Positions 1-8,878 of a DNA stretch of 64,000 nt are shown one piece after another. Position 1 is the stretch's first letter. Each line of letters starts with the position of its first letter. Position numbers and translations under genes: made by a program. The DNA is from Patescibacteria group bacterium (GTDB lineage Bacteria > Patescibacteriota > Microgenomatia > UBA12405), in assembly GCA_013387215.1 (NCBI GenBank), contig WARW01000022.1, positions 92,612 through 156,611 of the forward strand, given 5' to 3'. The notes beneath the pieces are model-generated. The model did no database searches. It saw only the letters and a program-made list of their open reading frames with translations, and was not told the origin of the DNA.

Positions 1-1055
1 CAGGCACCTAGACCATAAACATCAGTAAAATCAACTTTAAGACCTTTCTCTTTTATGGCTGCTTTAAATTCTTCTTCTGTTTTAATGGCATCAATATCAA
101 TTCCGGTTTTGTTGAAAATTAGATCTCTGAAAGTTGCTTTTATAAAATCAGGTTCAAAATCTAATTCAGTTCCTTGATAACTAATTTTAAGAGTGCCTTT
201 AACAGATTTAATAACATGACGGACTAAATCTTGAGTAAAACGCATTAAAACTTCGTAATCAACATAGGACCAGTAAAATTCAATTTGAGTAAATTCTGGA
301 TTGTGGAAACGAGAAACACCTTCATTTCGGAAATCTCTTGATACTTCGTAAACTTTTTCAAGACCACCGACAATGAGTCTCTTTAAATAAAGTTCATCAG
401 AAATGCGAAGATACATGTCCATGTCTAGAACATTGTGGTGAGTGGAAAATGGTTTAGCTGAGGCACCACCATATAGAGGTTGTAAAATCGGAGTTTCAAC
501 TTCCATAAAACCATGATCATCTAAAAAGCGGCGCATTTCAGATAAAATTTTAGTTCTGGCTTCAAATACTTTTCGGACTTCAGGATTTACAATCAAATCA
601 ACATAGCGTTGACGATATCTTTCTTCGACATCCTTTAGACCATGGAATTTTTCTGGCAATGGTCTTAAGTTTTTAGCTAATATTTGAAACGATTCGACAT
701 TAATAGTGATTTCACCAGCTTGAGTAGCAAAAACAGTGCCGGTAACAGTGGTAATATCACCCAAATCGTAAAGTTTAGTTTCTTTTATTCTTTCACCGAG
801 AGTTTTTTCTTGGAAGAATAGTTGGATTTTGCCAGTTCTATCGTGTAAATCAGCAAACATAATCTTGCCTTGTCCACGTTTAGACATAATACGACCCGCA
901 ACAGTAACTTTTTTATCCATCATTTCACGAGCTTCTGCGACCGTGTTTTTAGATTCCAAATTTGGTTGTGGATATGGATTAAGACCTAAACTCTTCATTT
1001 TTTCGAGTTTTTCTTGTCTTTGTTTTTGAAGATCATTTAGTTGAACATCTGGCAT
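1..1055 (-). CDS. lysS: lysyl-tRNA synthetase, class II (C-terminus lies beyond window start; N-terminal MPDVQLNDLQKQ...)
   Basis: Reverse-strand translation gives class II LysRS motifs (RNEGVSRFHNPEFTQIEFY, OB-fold N-domain). ATG at 1053-1055. Not in the ORF track because it runs off the window. Confidence 0.8.
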   Translation of the reverse strand, partial: MPDVQLNDLQKQRQEKLEKMKSLGLNPYPQPNLESKNTVAEAREMMDKKVTVAGRIMSKRGQGKIMFADLHDRTGKIQLFFQEKTLGERIKETKLYDLGDITTVTGTVFATQAGEITINVESFQILAKNLRPLPEKFHGLKDVEERYRQRYVDLIVNPEVRKVFEARTKILSEMRRFLDDHGFMEVETPILQPLYGGASAKPFSTHHNVLDMDMYLRISDELYLKRLIVGGLEKVYEVSRDFRNEGVSRFHNPEFTQIEFYWSYVDYEVLMRFTQDLVRHVIKSVKGTLKISYQGTELDFEPDFIKATFRDLIFNKTGIDIDAIKTEEEFKAAIKEKGLKVDFTDVYGLGA

Positions 1056-1133
1056 AGATGCAATTTTACTATATTTTTGAAAAATCATCTATGCCTAGAT
1101 GAAAGTTTGATCTGAAATAGCCGTGTTTTTTGC

Positions 1134-1601
1134 TTAAGCAACAGCAACAATTCGGTAGATTATTTTACCGGCTGGAGCTTCGACTTCAATCTCGTCATTT
1201 ACTTTTCGGCCCATCAAAGCTCGACCGAGCGGAGATTGATCTGAAATTTTGTTTAAATTTGGGTTAGATTCTAACTGGCTAACAATATGAAATTCTTTTT
1301 CCATTTTTTCGGAAATAATTAATTTCACTTTACAGCCAAGTTGAATAATTCCGTTTGAAGTAACGGTGTTATCGGTAATAATTTGAGAAGCTTCAAGCGC
1401 TTCTTCAAGATTATCTATTTTTTCATTAACGAGTTCCAACTCTTCTTTAAGTTGAGTTGCTAAACCGTCCTCACCAGATTCGTCTGGCTGAGCCACCTCT
1501 TCGATTTGAGTGACCAGGTGGTCTTGCTTTCTTTTTAATTCACCAAGTTCATTTAATAACTGGTGATAACCTTCTTTTGTTAGCAACGTTTTGTTGTTCA
1601 T
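1134..1601 (-). CDS. greA: transcription elongation factor GreA
   Basis: N-terminal coiled-coil plus C-terminal FKBP-like GreA domain (…IISEKMEKEFHIVS…SPLGRALMGRKVNDEIEV). The track start at 1610 is a TTG; the first ATG is at 1599-1601. Confidence 0.85.
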   Translation of the reverse strand: MNNKTLLTKEGYHQLLNELGELKRKQDHLVTQIEEVAQPDESGEDGLATQLKEELELVNEKIDNLEEALEASQIITDNTVTSNGIIQLGCKVKLIISEKMEKEFHIVSQLESNPNLNKISDQSPLGRALMGRKVNDEIEVEAPAGKIIYRIVAVA

Positions 1602-1620
1602 TTTTTTCAAATAATATTAC

Positions 1621-1692
1621 AAAAAAAGCCCCTCTTGTTTAGTAGAGTAGGTTATTGTTAAATTAATCAATAACCTTATTAAATGGAGAGGC
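1621..1692 (-). terminator. GC-rich stem (1628-1637/1684-1692) enclosing a perfect 9-bp stem (1649-1657/1668-1676), followed on the minus strand by a 7-nt U tract, ~20 nt upstream of the greA ATG
   Basis: Read directly from the sequence. No minus-strand ORF lies upstream, so it sits in the greA leader/promoter region. Confidence 0.4.
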
Positions 1693-1835
1693 AAATCACA
1701 TCAGCAATAATATCCATCATAAAAGTATTCTTCTTTAATGAAGTATAAAAATAACTTTTATTAACAAATATTTTTGCCATAAGTGATTATATTAGGGTAT
1801 ATTATATCATTTGTCAAATAGGTTACATTAGCAAT

Positions 1836-2540
1836 ATGGGTATTTTAGATATTTTGAGGATAACACCGAGAAAAAGACGTGTAAAAATAAAGAAAGGGCA
1901 TGGTGTTATTTATCATAACCCATCTGGCTTTAAGAGGTATTTTTTTTATTTTGGAAACGGAGTAGTTTTGGCAGCCATTATTGGAATTATCTATTTATAT
2001 TACCCGCTTGGAAAAGCTGTTTATGTTTATAAATTTCACACTAAACAAGATGAAGAAAAATTACAAACTTTTAAGAATGAGGTAAGCACCCAACCGACTA
2101 TAAATGAATTTTATCTGCAGATACCAAAAATCTTAGCTTCTTCTACTGTTATTCCTGATGTGTCCCCTTATGATACTAATGAATATTTAAAAGTGTTGAG
2201 TGAAAATGTGGTAGCACAGGCAAGAGGAAGTTCTCCTCCTGGACTTGGCGATGGCAAGACAACCTATTTGTTTGCTCATTCTTCCCAAGAAGGTATCAGT
2301 ATGGTCCGAAAAAATTCAGTGTTCTATCTTTTAGGACAAATGAATATGGGAGATGTAATTTATCTTAAATATAACGGAAAAGTTTATACCTACAGAACAT
2401 ATATGAAGAGAATTGTTAATTCGTCCGAATCTCAATATTTAAATTTTAAAGACGACAATAAAGAACTATTAATTTTACAAACCTGTTGGCCAATCGGAAC
2501 TGATTGGAAACGACTTTTAGTTTTTGCTCAAAGAGTATAG
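1836..2540 (+). CDS. sortase-family transpeptidase (N-terminal TM anchor)
   Basis: Conserved His (LFAHSS) and a TLxTC-type active-site motif (LILQTCWP), followed by a conserved Arg region. Confidence 0.7.
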   Translation: MGILDILRITPRKRRVKIKKGHGVIYHNPSGFKRYFFYFGNGVVLAAIIGIIYLYYPLGKAVYVYKFHTKQDEEKLQTFKNEVSTQPTINEFYLQIPKILASSTVIPDVSPYDTNEYLKVLSENVVAQARGSSPPGLGDGKTTYLFAHSSQEGISMVRKNSVFYLLGQMNMGDVIYLKYNGKVYTYRTYMKRIVNSSESQYLNFKDDNKELLILQTCWPIGTDWKRLLVFAQRV

Positions 2541-2576
2541 TATTTTTATCTTAAAATAAGGTATAATTTTCTGACC

Positions 2577-4010
2577 ATGGGCCTAGATCTATCGCTTTCT
2601 AATAACCAAAATTATTGGGTTGATTTGGAAAAATATATAAAAGAAACGGGTTTTGATGTGGACTTAATCAAACGAGCATTTGAGTTTGCTTCAAAAGCAC
2701 ATGCTAATCAATATCGAGAATCCGGAGATTTGGCAATCACCCATTTGTGCTGGGTAGCAAAAGTTGTATCTCAATTAAATATCGGGCAAGAAGCTGTTAT
2801 GGCAGCTTTAATGCACGATATTGTGGAAGAGACCAATGTCACAATCGATTCTATTGCTAACGAATTTGGCGATGAAGTTGCGCTTTTGGTTGCCGGTTTA
2901 ACGGAAGTTAAGAAAAAAACTAAAGGAATCTCAATTCATCAAACCAGTATTGAGATTTTTAGAAAGTTTTTATTTTCTTCAGTTAATGATGTTCGTATTT
3001 TGATAATCCGATTAGTAGACAAGCTGCATAATGGTCTGACAATTAATTCACTGCCTGAAGAAAAGAAAATTAGATACGCTAAAAAAGTGATGGGAATTTA
3101 TGGACCAATCGCTGAATATGTGGGGCTTCATTATTTTAAAAGACTTTTGGAAGATATAGCATTCAAAATTTTATATCCTGAAGAAGCTAAAAAAGTTGAA
3201 GAAATGTTTGAAGAAAGAGCTAATGATGAAGTTAAGGCCTTAGCTTTGGTAAAAGATACTATTTCTAAAATGATGAAAATAAACAATATTAATCATTTTT
3301 CTGTTGAAGGTAGAATAAAAAGTTTACATAGCACATATTTAAAAACTAAGAAAAAAGGTTTTGACAGAGTTAAGGATAGAGTTGGTGTGAGAATTTTGGT
3401 TGATACGGTGGCGGATTGTTACACAATTTTAGGTCTTCTTCATTCGAAATATAATTATTTACCTGACGAATTTGATGATTATATTTCTTCACCAAAACCA
3501 AATGGCTACCGTTCAATACAAACAACTCTTAACTGGAAAGATCGATTGACGGTTGAAGTTCAGATTAAAACTTTTGAAATGCATGAGTTTAACGAATTCG
3601 GACCAGCATCCCATATTGCCTATAAAATGGGCAGAGGAATGCATGCGGGCGTTGGTTTGGAATGGGTTCGAGATTTAATTAAATGGCAAACAAATGAAAA
3701 CAATGTCAGCAATTATCAACTTCATGTTTTGTCAAAATATATATATGTGTTTACTCCAAAAGGCGACACGATTCAGATGATAGCTGGTGCTACTGCTTTA
3801 GATTTTGCATACCGAATTCACACAGATATCGGGGATCACTGTTATGGCGTGAAGATTAATAATAAAATGTCTAAAATCGAGACTATTTTAAAAACGGGTG
3901 ATTTAGTGGAGGTCTTAATAAATAAAAAAAATAACGTTAATGTTAATTGGCTAAGCTTAGTCAAAACCAGCTGGGCAAAAGAACATATTAGGAAAATGAC
4001 TCAAAAGTAG
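2577..4010 (+). CDS. bifunctional (p)ppGpp synthetase/hydrolase Rel/SpoT homologue (HD + RelA_SpoT + TGS domains; no ACT domain)
   Basis: HD motif (ALMHDIVEET), synthetase core (RVKDRVGVRILVDTVADCY), TGS domain (YVFTPKGDTIQM…LDFAYRIHTDIG). TATAAT lies 10 nt upstream of the ATG. Confidence 0.85.
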   Translation: MGLDLSLSNNQNYWVDLEKYIKETGFDVDLIKRAFEFASKAHANQYRESGDLAITHLCWVAKVVSQLNIGQEAVMAALMHDIVEETNVTIDSIANEFGDEVALLVAGLTEVKKKTKGISIHQTSIEIFRKFLFSSVNDVRILIIRLVDKLHNGLTINSLPEEKKIRYAKKVMGIYGPIAEYVGLHYFKRLLEDIAFKILYPEEAKKVEEMFEERANDEVKALALVKDTISKMMKINNINHFSVEGRIKSLHSTYLKTKKKGFDRVKDRVGVRILVDTVADCYTILGLLHSKYNYLPDEFDDYISSPKPNGYRSIQTTLNWKDRLTVEVQIKTFEMHEFNEFGPASHIAYKMGRGMHAGVGLEWVRDLIKWQTNENNVSNYQLHVLSKYIYVFTPKGDTIQMIAGATALDFAYRIHTDIGDHCYGVKINNKMSKIETILKTGDLVEVLINKKNNVNVNWLSLVKTSWAKEHIRKMTQK

Positions 4011-4042
4011 TCGAAAGAAACGCTATCTAGTATAATCAGTCT

Positions 4043-5188
4043 ATGAATAATACTTTAACTATTGAGGAAAAAGTTGAATTAATCAGCAGAAATTGTCAGG
4101 AAGTTTTAACAAATGACGATTTAAAAAATTTAATTGAAACAAATACTCCATTAACACACTATATTGGATTTGAAATTTCCGGTATGGTTCATTTGGGCAC
4201 TGGTCTAATTTCAATGGGAAAAATCGCTGACTTTTTGAAAGCTGGAGTTAAATGCCAAATACTTTTAGCTGATTTTCATTCATATTTAAATAATAAATTG
4301 GGTGGTAATTGGGAGAATATTAGATGGGCTACTGAAAATTACTTTAAACAAGGTTTGATTGCTTCATTAAAATGTTTTGGTGTCAGTGAAGATCAAATTG
4401 AATTTGTAACTGGAAAAGATTTGTATGAAAAAAATATAACTCACTGGGAAACATTTATGGAAGTCGGAAAACATGTGACTTTATCCCGTAACTTGCGATC
4501 AATTTCTATTATGGGTAAGAAGCAGGGTAATGACGTAAGTATGGCAACTTTATTCTATCCACCACTTCAAGTGGCTGATATTTTTACTTTGAGAGTAAAT
4601 TTAGCTCATGCTGGAATGGATCAAAGAAAAGCTCATGTGGTGGCAAGACAAGTAGCCGAAAAATTAGTTATTAATCCCCTTTTCGATGCAAAAGGCAAAA
4701 AGATAGCACCAGTGGCCATTCATCAAAATTTGATTGCCGGATTAACCGGACCTGAATCGGTTGATTTAAAACAAGAAAAAGAAGATGTGACAATTGATTT
4801 AAAAATGAGTAAATCAAAACCAAATTCAGCAGTATTTATTCACGATACACCAGACGAAATTAGAAATAAAATTAGAAAAGCTTATGGACCTCCAAAAGTG
4901 ATTGAATACAATCCATTAATAAACTGGGTGAAAACTTTAATTTTCTGGGGCCAAGAGACCGGTGAATTCGTGATCGAAAGACCCGAAAAATTTGGCGGCA
5001 ATATTACTTACACCAAAGTATCAGATTTAATCAAAGACTACGAAGAAGGAGTTTTGTTCCCATTAGATTTAAAAAATGGAATTGCAGAATGGTTAATTAA
5101 AAAACTTGAACCTGCTCGACTTCATTTCGAACAAGAGGGTCCCAAAATGGGTCTTGCTAAAATGAGAGAGTTTTTGGAAATTAAGTAA
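4043..5188 (+). CDS. class Ic aminoacyl-tRNA synthetase, archaeal/eukaryotic type (TyrRS-like; TrpRS not excluded)
   Basis: HIGH-region GFEISGMVHLGTG and an exact KMSKS. TATAAT lies 7 nt before the ATG. Confidence 0.65.
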   Translation: MNNTLTIEEKVELISRNCQEVLTNDDLKNLIETNTPLTHYIGFEISGMVHLGTGLISMGKIADFLKAGVKCQILLADFHSYLNNKLGGNWENIRWATENYFKQGLIASLKCFGVSEDQIEFVTGKDLYEKNITHWETFMEVGKHVTLSRNLRSISIMGKKQGNDVSMATLFYPPLQVADIFTLRVNLAHAGMDQRKAHVVARQVAEKLVINPLFDAKGKKIAPVAIHQNLIAGLTGPESVDLKQEKEDVTIDLKMSKSKPNSAVFIHDTPDEIRNKIRKAYGPPKVIEYNPLINWVKTLIFWGQETGEFVIERPEKFGGNITYTKVSDLIKDYEEGVLFPLDLKNGIAEWLIKKLEPARLHFEQEGPKMGLAKMREFLEIK

Positions 5189-5194
5189 AAAAAA

Positions 5195-5248
5195 GCCGAG
5201 AGATTAATCAATACAAATTGTATTAATAAAGCTCCCGGCTAAATTCAT
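5195..5248. terminator. bidirectional hairpin between convergent genes (AGCCGAGAG…CTCCCGGCT outer, ATTAATACAA/TTGTATTAAT inner)
   Basis: Inverted repeats seen directly, flanked by A/T runs. Sits between the stops of the aaRS (+) and the 5255-6130 (-) ORF. Confidence 0.5.
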
Positions 5249-5254
5249 AATCTG

Positions 5255-6130
5255 TTAACCAATATTACCCGGATTTTTCCAGCAATTATAATCGCAACGA
5301 TAAACAATTGTTGGATTAGCAAGTAATCCCCTAGAAAACCAACAAGTAAATGGCTGATTAATGGTGTAAATTGATGGTGCTGGAGCAATTGAACGAACAG
5401 CAGAAACAGCAGTGCTTGAAGCACCTTTGGCTCCATATTCATTTAATTTCAAAATATTTTGCTGTTGAGCTTGGTCAATCATCCAGTTTCGATTTCTTTT
5501 GTCGATAAATCTTAATCCTTTTAACCAAGTCAATTCGAATTGGTGGGATAAATCGATCATAGGCATAATCAGCTGGTTATATTCAAGTTCCTCACCGATG
5601 TTTCTCATTAGCAAACGTGCCTTTTCGGTTAAATTAAAGAAATTTGGCTGTGAATCATCAACTGTAACCCAAAAGTATTCAGGCAAACCAATTTTTGGAT
5701 TAGCTTGTGTTTCTATTCTAATCACAGGATTTTTGTGTCCAGGTACATTGAAAAAGCTTAATCCTTTGGAGATTTTAATTCCTGGATAAGTGGTTTTGTT
5801 TGCTTTAACTTCAGTAGTTTCCGCTTTTTCTTTCCATTTAACAAGTATTTGCAGACTGGTAGCAATACCAAACGTTTCACTCTTAAAAGGTTTTAGTTCG
5901 ATATTTGATCCATGTCTTCTTAAAAATCTGTTTATTTTAAGATCACTTTCTGTAGCAATACTTTCGATTTCAGGAAGAAAAGCTAGTGCCTTTTGATTAG
6001 CTTCCATAAAATCAAGAAATTTTTGCTGATCAGGTGAAATTGCAATATACTTTTGTATACCTACATAAGCATCTGCTTTGGTGAACGCTGCTACCAATGA
6101 ATACATTGAATTTGTTTCCATATAAAACAC
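5255..6130 (-). CDS. hypothetical protein (291 aa)
   Basis: Long ORF with no motif I can name. Confidence 0.45.
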   Translation of the reverse strand: MFYMETNSMYSLVAAFTKADAYVGIQKYIAISPDQQKFLDFMEANQKALAFLPEIESIATESDLKINRFLRRHGSNIELKPFKSETFGIATSLQILVKWKEKAETTEVKANKTTYPGIKISKGLSFFNVPGHKNPVIRIETQANPKIGLPEYFWVTVDDSQPNFFNLTEKARLLMRNIGEELEYNQLIMPMIDLSHQFELTWLKGLRFIDKRNRNWMIDQAQQQNILKLNEYGAKGASSTAVSAVRSIAPAPSIYTINQPFTCWFSRGLLANPTIVYRCDYNCWKNPGNIG

Positions 6131-6391
6131 TCCTTCGAAGCTATCTTAATTCCTTTGGAACTAGCCAACATTTAGCTGACTGATAGCTATGTAACGGTTT
6201 CTAGGTCGGTTAACAAATTAATTGTAAAAGTACTAACAATATTACTAATTAATAAATCCGCTTTGGATATATTATTTGGTTAATATAATTGTCCGTTATA
6301 TTACCATTATCAGTAGAAATTTCAAGCCTATCTTTGACAAGCAGTTGTATAAATGATATAATTTATTATAGGTCTATTATATATAGTATAT

Positions 6392-7003
6392 ATGACAGAA
6401 CATGAAGAATATTTGACTGTAGAAGACTTGAAACAAACCCGAACCCGGGAGATTGATGGTCACATAATACAGGAAACTGTTGATTTGGGAATTGAACCAG
6501 AAGATTTAGAAAGAATAAACAAGCACTCAATTGAGGATGAATTTGGAAACCCTAAAGAAACCAGACAAAATCTTTCTAATTTATTAGATGGAGAAAAAGT
6601 TTTAGGATACGTTGATGGACATGCGGTTTATAAGAATGAAGATTCTTTTTATAAGGCTCCAGAAGTCAGAAATATTGTTAATTATCTTGAAGAAACTCCT
6701 GAAAAGGATAGAAGATATTTTAATCCAGCTGTTTTAGTCAGAAAAGATCAGAAAATATTTAGACAAGGATTTACCACCCAGGAAATGGTGGCAAAAAGAG
6801 TTGTTGATAATGACGGCAAGTGGCCAACTGTAGACGGAATGAAAAAATATATGGCATTAACTTCTTTTAGCTATTTTTATACGCCCAAAAACAGTTCTCA
6901 ACAAATAGTTTTTAACATGTATCCAGGAGACACATTTTTAACTTCACAGTCAGGAGAAAATAAAGAGAAAAAACAAGAAATGGCCAAAGCAAATAAAAAG
7001 TAA
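6392..7003 (+). CDS. hypothetical protein (203 aa), acidic N-terminus, Lys-rich C-terminus
   Basis: ORF follows a 260-bp AT-rich divergent intergenic region. No recognisable motif. Confidence 0.45.
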   Translation: MTEHEEYLTVEDLKQTRTREIDGHIIQETVDLGIEPEDLERINKHSIEDEFGNPKETRQNLSNLLDGEKVLGYVDGHAVYKNEDSFYKAPEVRNIVNYLEETPEKDRRYFNPAVLVRKDQKIFRQGFTTQEMVAKRVVDNDGKWPTVDGMKKYMALTSFSYFYTPKNSSQQIVFNMYPGDTFLTSQSGENKEKKQEMAKANKK

Positions 7004-7004
7004 T

Positions 7005-8291
7005 TTATTTGTAAAACGATCTTTTGATTAAGTCTTTTCTATATCGATTGGCAAAACGATGGGCTTCATCCCGTAAGCGTTGGAGTAATTGAAGTGATGG
7101 GGAATTTTTTGGAAGATTAATTTCTACCCATTCTGTGGCTGTTTTTATTACAATAGTTTCATTCTTCTTGGCAAGACCAATTAATGTGATATTCAATTCT
7201 GGTCTTTCCTTTATTACATCATTGGCAGCTGAAACTTGTGGTTTTCCCCCATCAACTAATAATATTTGAGGAATAGTCCATTCCAAGTGTTTTAATCTGC
7301 GCCAAACAACTTCTTTAATCATGTATTGATCGTCTTGTGTGTCTTTTGTATAAATTTTGAATTTTCGATATTCATCAACATCAATTTTGTCATTTTGAAA
7401 GACAACCATTGATCCAACAAAAAATTTGCTGCCTAAATTGGATATATCATAAGCTTCAATACGGAAAATATCAGTGACTTTGGCCATGTATGGGGCTAGG
7501 ACCATTTTTAATTCGCGTAAAGCTTTTCCGATTTGATCCTCCTGTAATTCAATCCGATCATAAAGATGATTTAAATTTTCCCAACCTGAGATTACATAAT
7601 TTAGGGCATTGATTTGATCCCGGCGAACTTTAGCCATTTCGTAATTTTCTGCTTTAGCATAAAGATTCATTTCTTTACTTAAGCGGGAAATTAACTTTTT
7701 GAAGTTTCCATCAAGAACACTTTTGATACGATTAACTGTTTTTCGATAATCTTTAACACTAATGTCTGGACCAGGACAAAGTCCAAGATGACAATATAAG
7801 CATTGGACACCTTTTGGATGTTTTTGAGAATAATATGGGAAAATGTGACGAATCGTTTTTAAAAGACTACGGACTGCCGTACTATTAGGAAAGGGTCCGT
7901 ATAGCGTAGCATTGTTAGCTAAATTAGACTTAAAGGCTGGAGTTATTAGTGGATATTTATCCTTACTTATGGATATATATACATAACTCTTATCGTCTTT
8001 TAGCTGAGAATTATATTTTGGGCGGTATTCTTTTATTAAACTGGCTTCAAGTATTAGTGCTTCTATTTCAGAACCAACGACATGAAAATCAATATCGGTA
8101 ATTTGAGACACTAGCTGTAGTGTTTTTGGACCTAAAGCATCATCACGTTGAAAATATTGATTAACTCTTTTTTTTAAATTTATAGCTTTACCGACATAGA
8201 TGATCTCGTGATCTATATTTTTATAAATATAAACGCCCGGTTTTCCAGGTAAAAGTTTGATTTTGTCTTGTAATAAATTTTGATCGTTCAT
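7005..8291 (-). CDS. uvrC: excinuclease ABC subunit C, short form (GIY-YIG + UvrBC-interaction + RNase-H-like endonuclease domains; C-terminal (HhH)2 absent)
   Basis: GIY-YIG motif (GVYIYKN…IYVGKAINLKKRVNQY). UvrC core is present through …LRDEAHRFANRYRK, where the protein ends. Confidence 0.85.
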   Translation of the reverse strand: MNDQNLLQDKIKLLPGKPGVYIYKNIDHEIIYVGKAINLKKRVNQYFQRDDALGPKTLQLVSQITDIDFHVVGSEIEALILEASLIKEYRPKYNSQLKDDKSYVYISISKDKYPLITPAFKSNLANNATLYGPFPNSTAVRSLLKTIRHIFPYYSQKHPKGVQCLYCHLGLCPGPDISVKDYRKTVNRIKSVLDGNFKKLISRLSKEMNLYAKAENYEMAKVRRDQINALNYVISGWENLNHLYDRIELQEDQIGKALRELKMVLAPYMAKVTDIFRIEAYDISNLGSKFFVGSMVVFQNDKIDVDEYRKFKIYTKDTQDDQYMIKEVVWRRLKHLEWTIPQILLVDGGKPQVSAANDVIKERPELNITLIGLAKKNETIVIKTATEWVEINLPKNSPSLQLLQRLRDEAHRFANRYRKDLIKRSFYK

Positions 8292-8415
8292 TAAAGTGTG
8301 GATATCTACAAATTATATTATATAATAGGACAATTTTAATACACTGATTGTGTTAAAAGGTACATTGAAACAGGTCACACCTGCGTGACTAAAATATTTG
8401 AAAGGAGTTGTTATT

Positions 8416-8853
8416 ATGTTAAAACTAGTCAAAAGGTTTTTGGGATCAATTGCAAATTTTTACAAAAGAATTACTAAGGATTCTACTCAAGATTTATCCG
8501 GAAACGCTCCAACTATTGAGGTGTTTCCAAACTCTTCCTACAGAATTGCACTTGATGAATTGTGTTTGCGCAATGGATTAAATTCAAAAGACTTAGTTCT
8601 GAACATGAAAAAATCCATTGAATCTGATTTTCAAAAAGCAAAAGAATTGACAGAAAAAGCAAATGAAATGAACAACGAAGCTACGAAAATTTTTAACGAA
8701 GCTATCAGAATAGCAAATGAAAATTACGCAAATGCAAAAGCAGCAGCTCGTGAAGTTTCAGATGAATCAATCACAATCAGCAAGAAGGCAGATATCAGCA
8801 GTAAATCTTACTATCTTTTAGCTACAGAAAGCGATATAAACAATTCCAAATAG
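8416..8853 (+). CDS. hypothetical coiled-coil protein (145 aa from the ATG)
   Basis: AAAGGAG RBS lies 8 nt upstream of the ATG at 8416. The track start at 8398 is a TTG. Confidence 0.45.
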   Translation: MLKLVKRFLGSIANFYKRITKDSTQDLSGNAPTIEVFPNSSYRIALDELCLRNGLNSKDLVLNMKKSIESDFQKAKELTEKANEMNNEATKIFNEAIRIANENYANAKAAAREVSDESITISKKADISSKSYYLLATESDINNSK

Positions 8854-8878
8854 TCTCTTGAGGGGCAAAAATTCTTTT

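Noticed and set aside
829-1029. 66-aa plus-strand ORF
   Set aside because: It lies entirely inside the minus-strand lysS coding region in an alternative frame.
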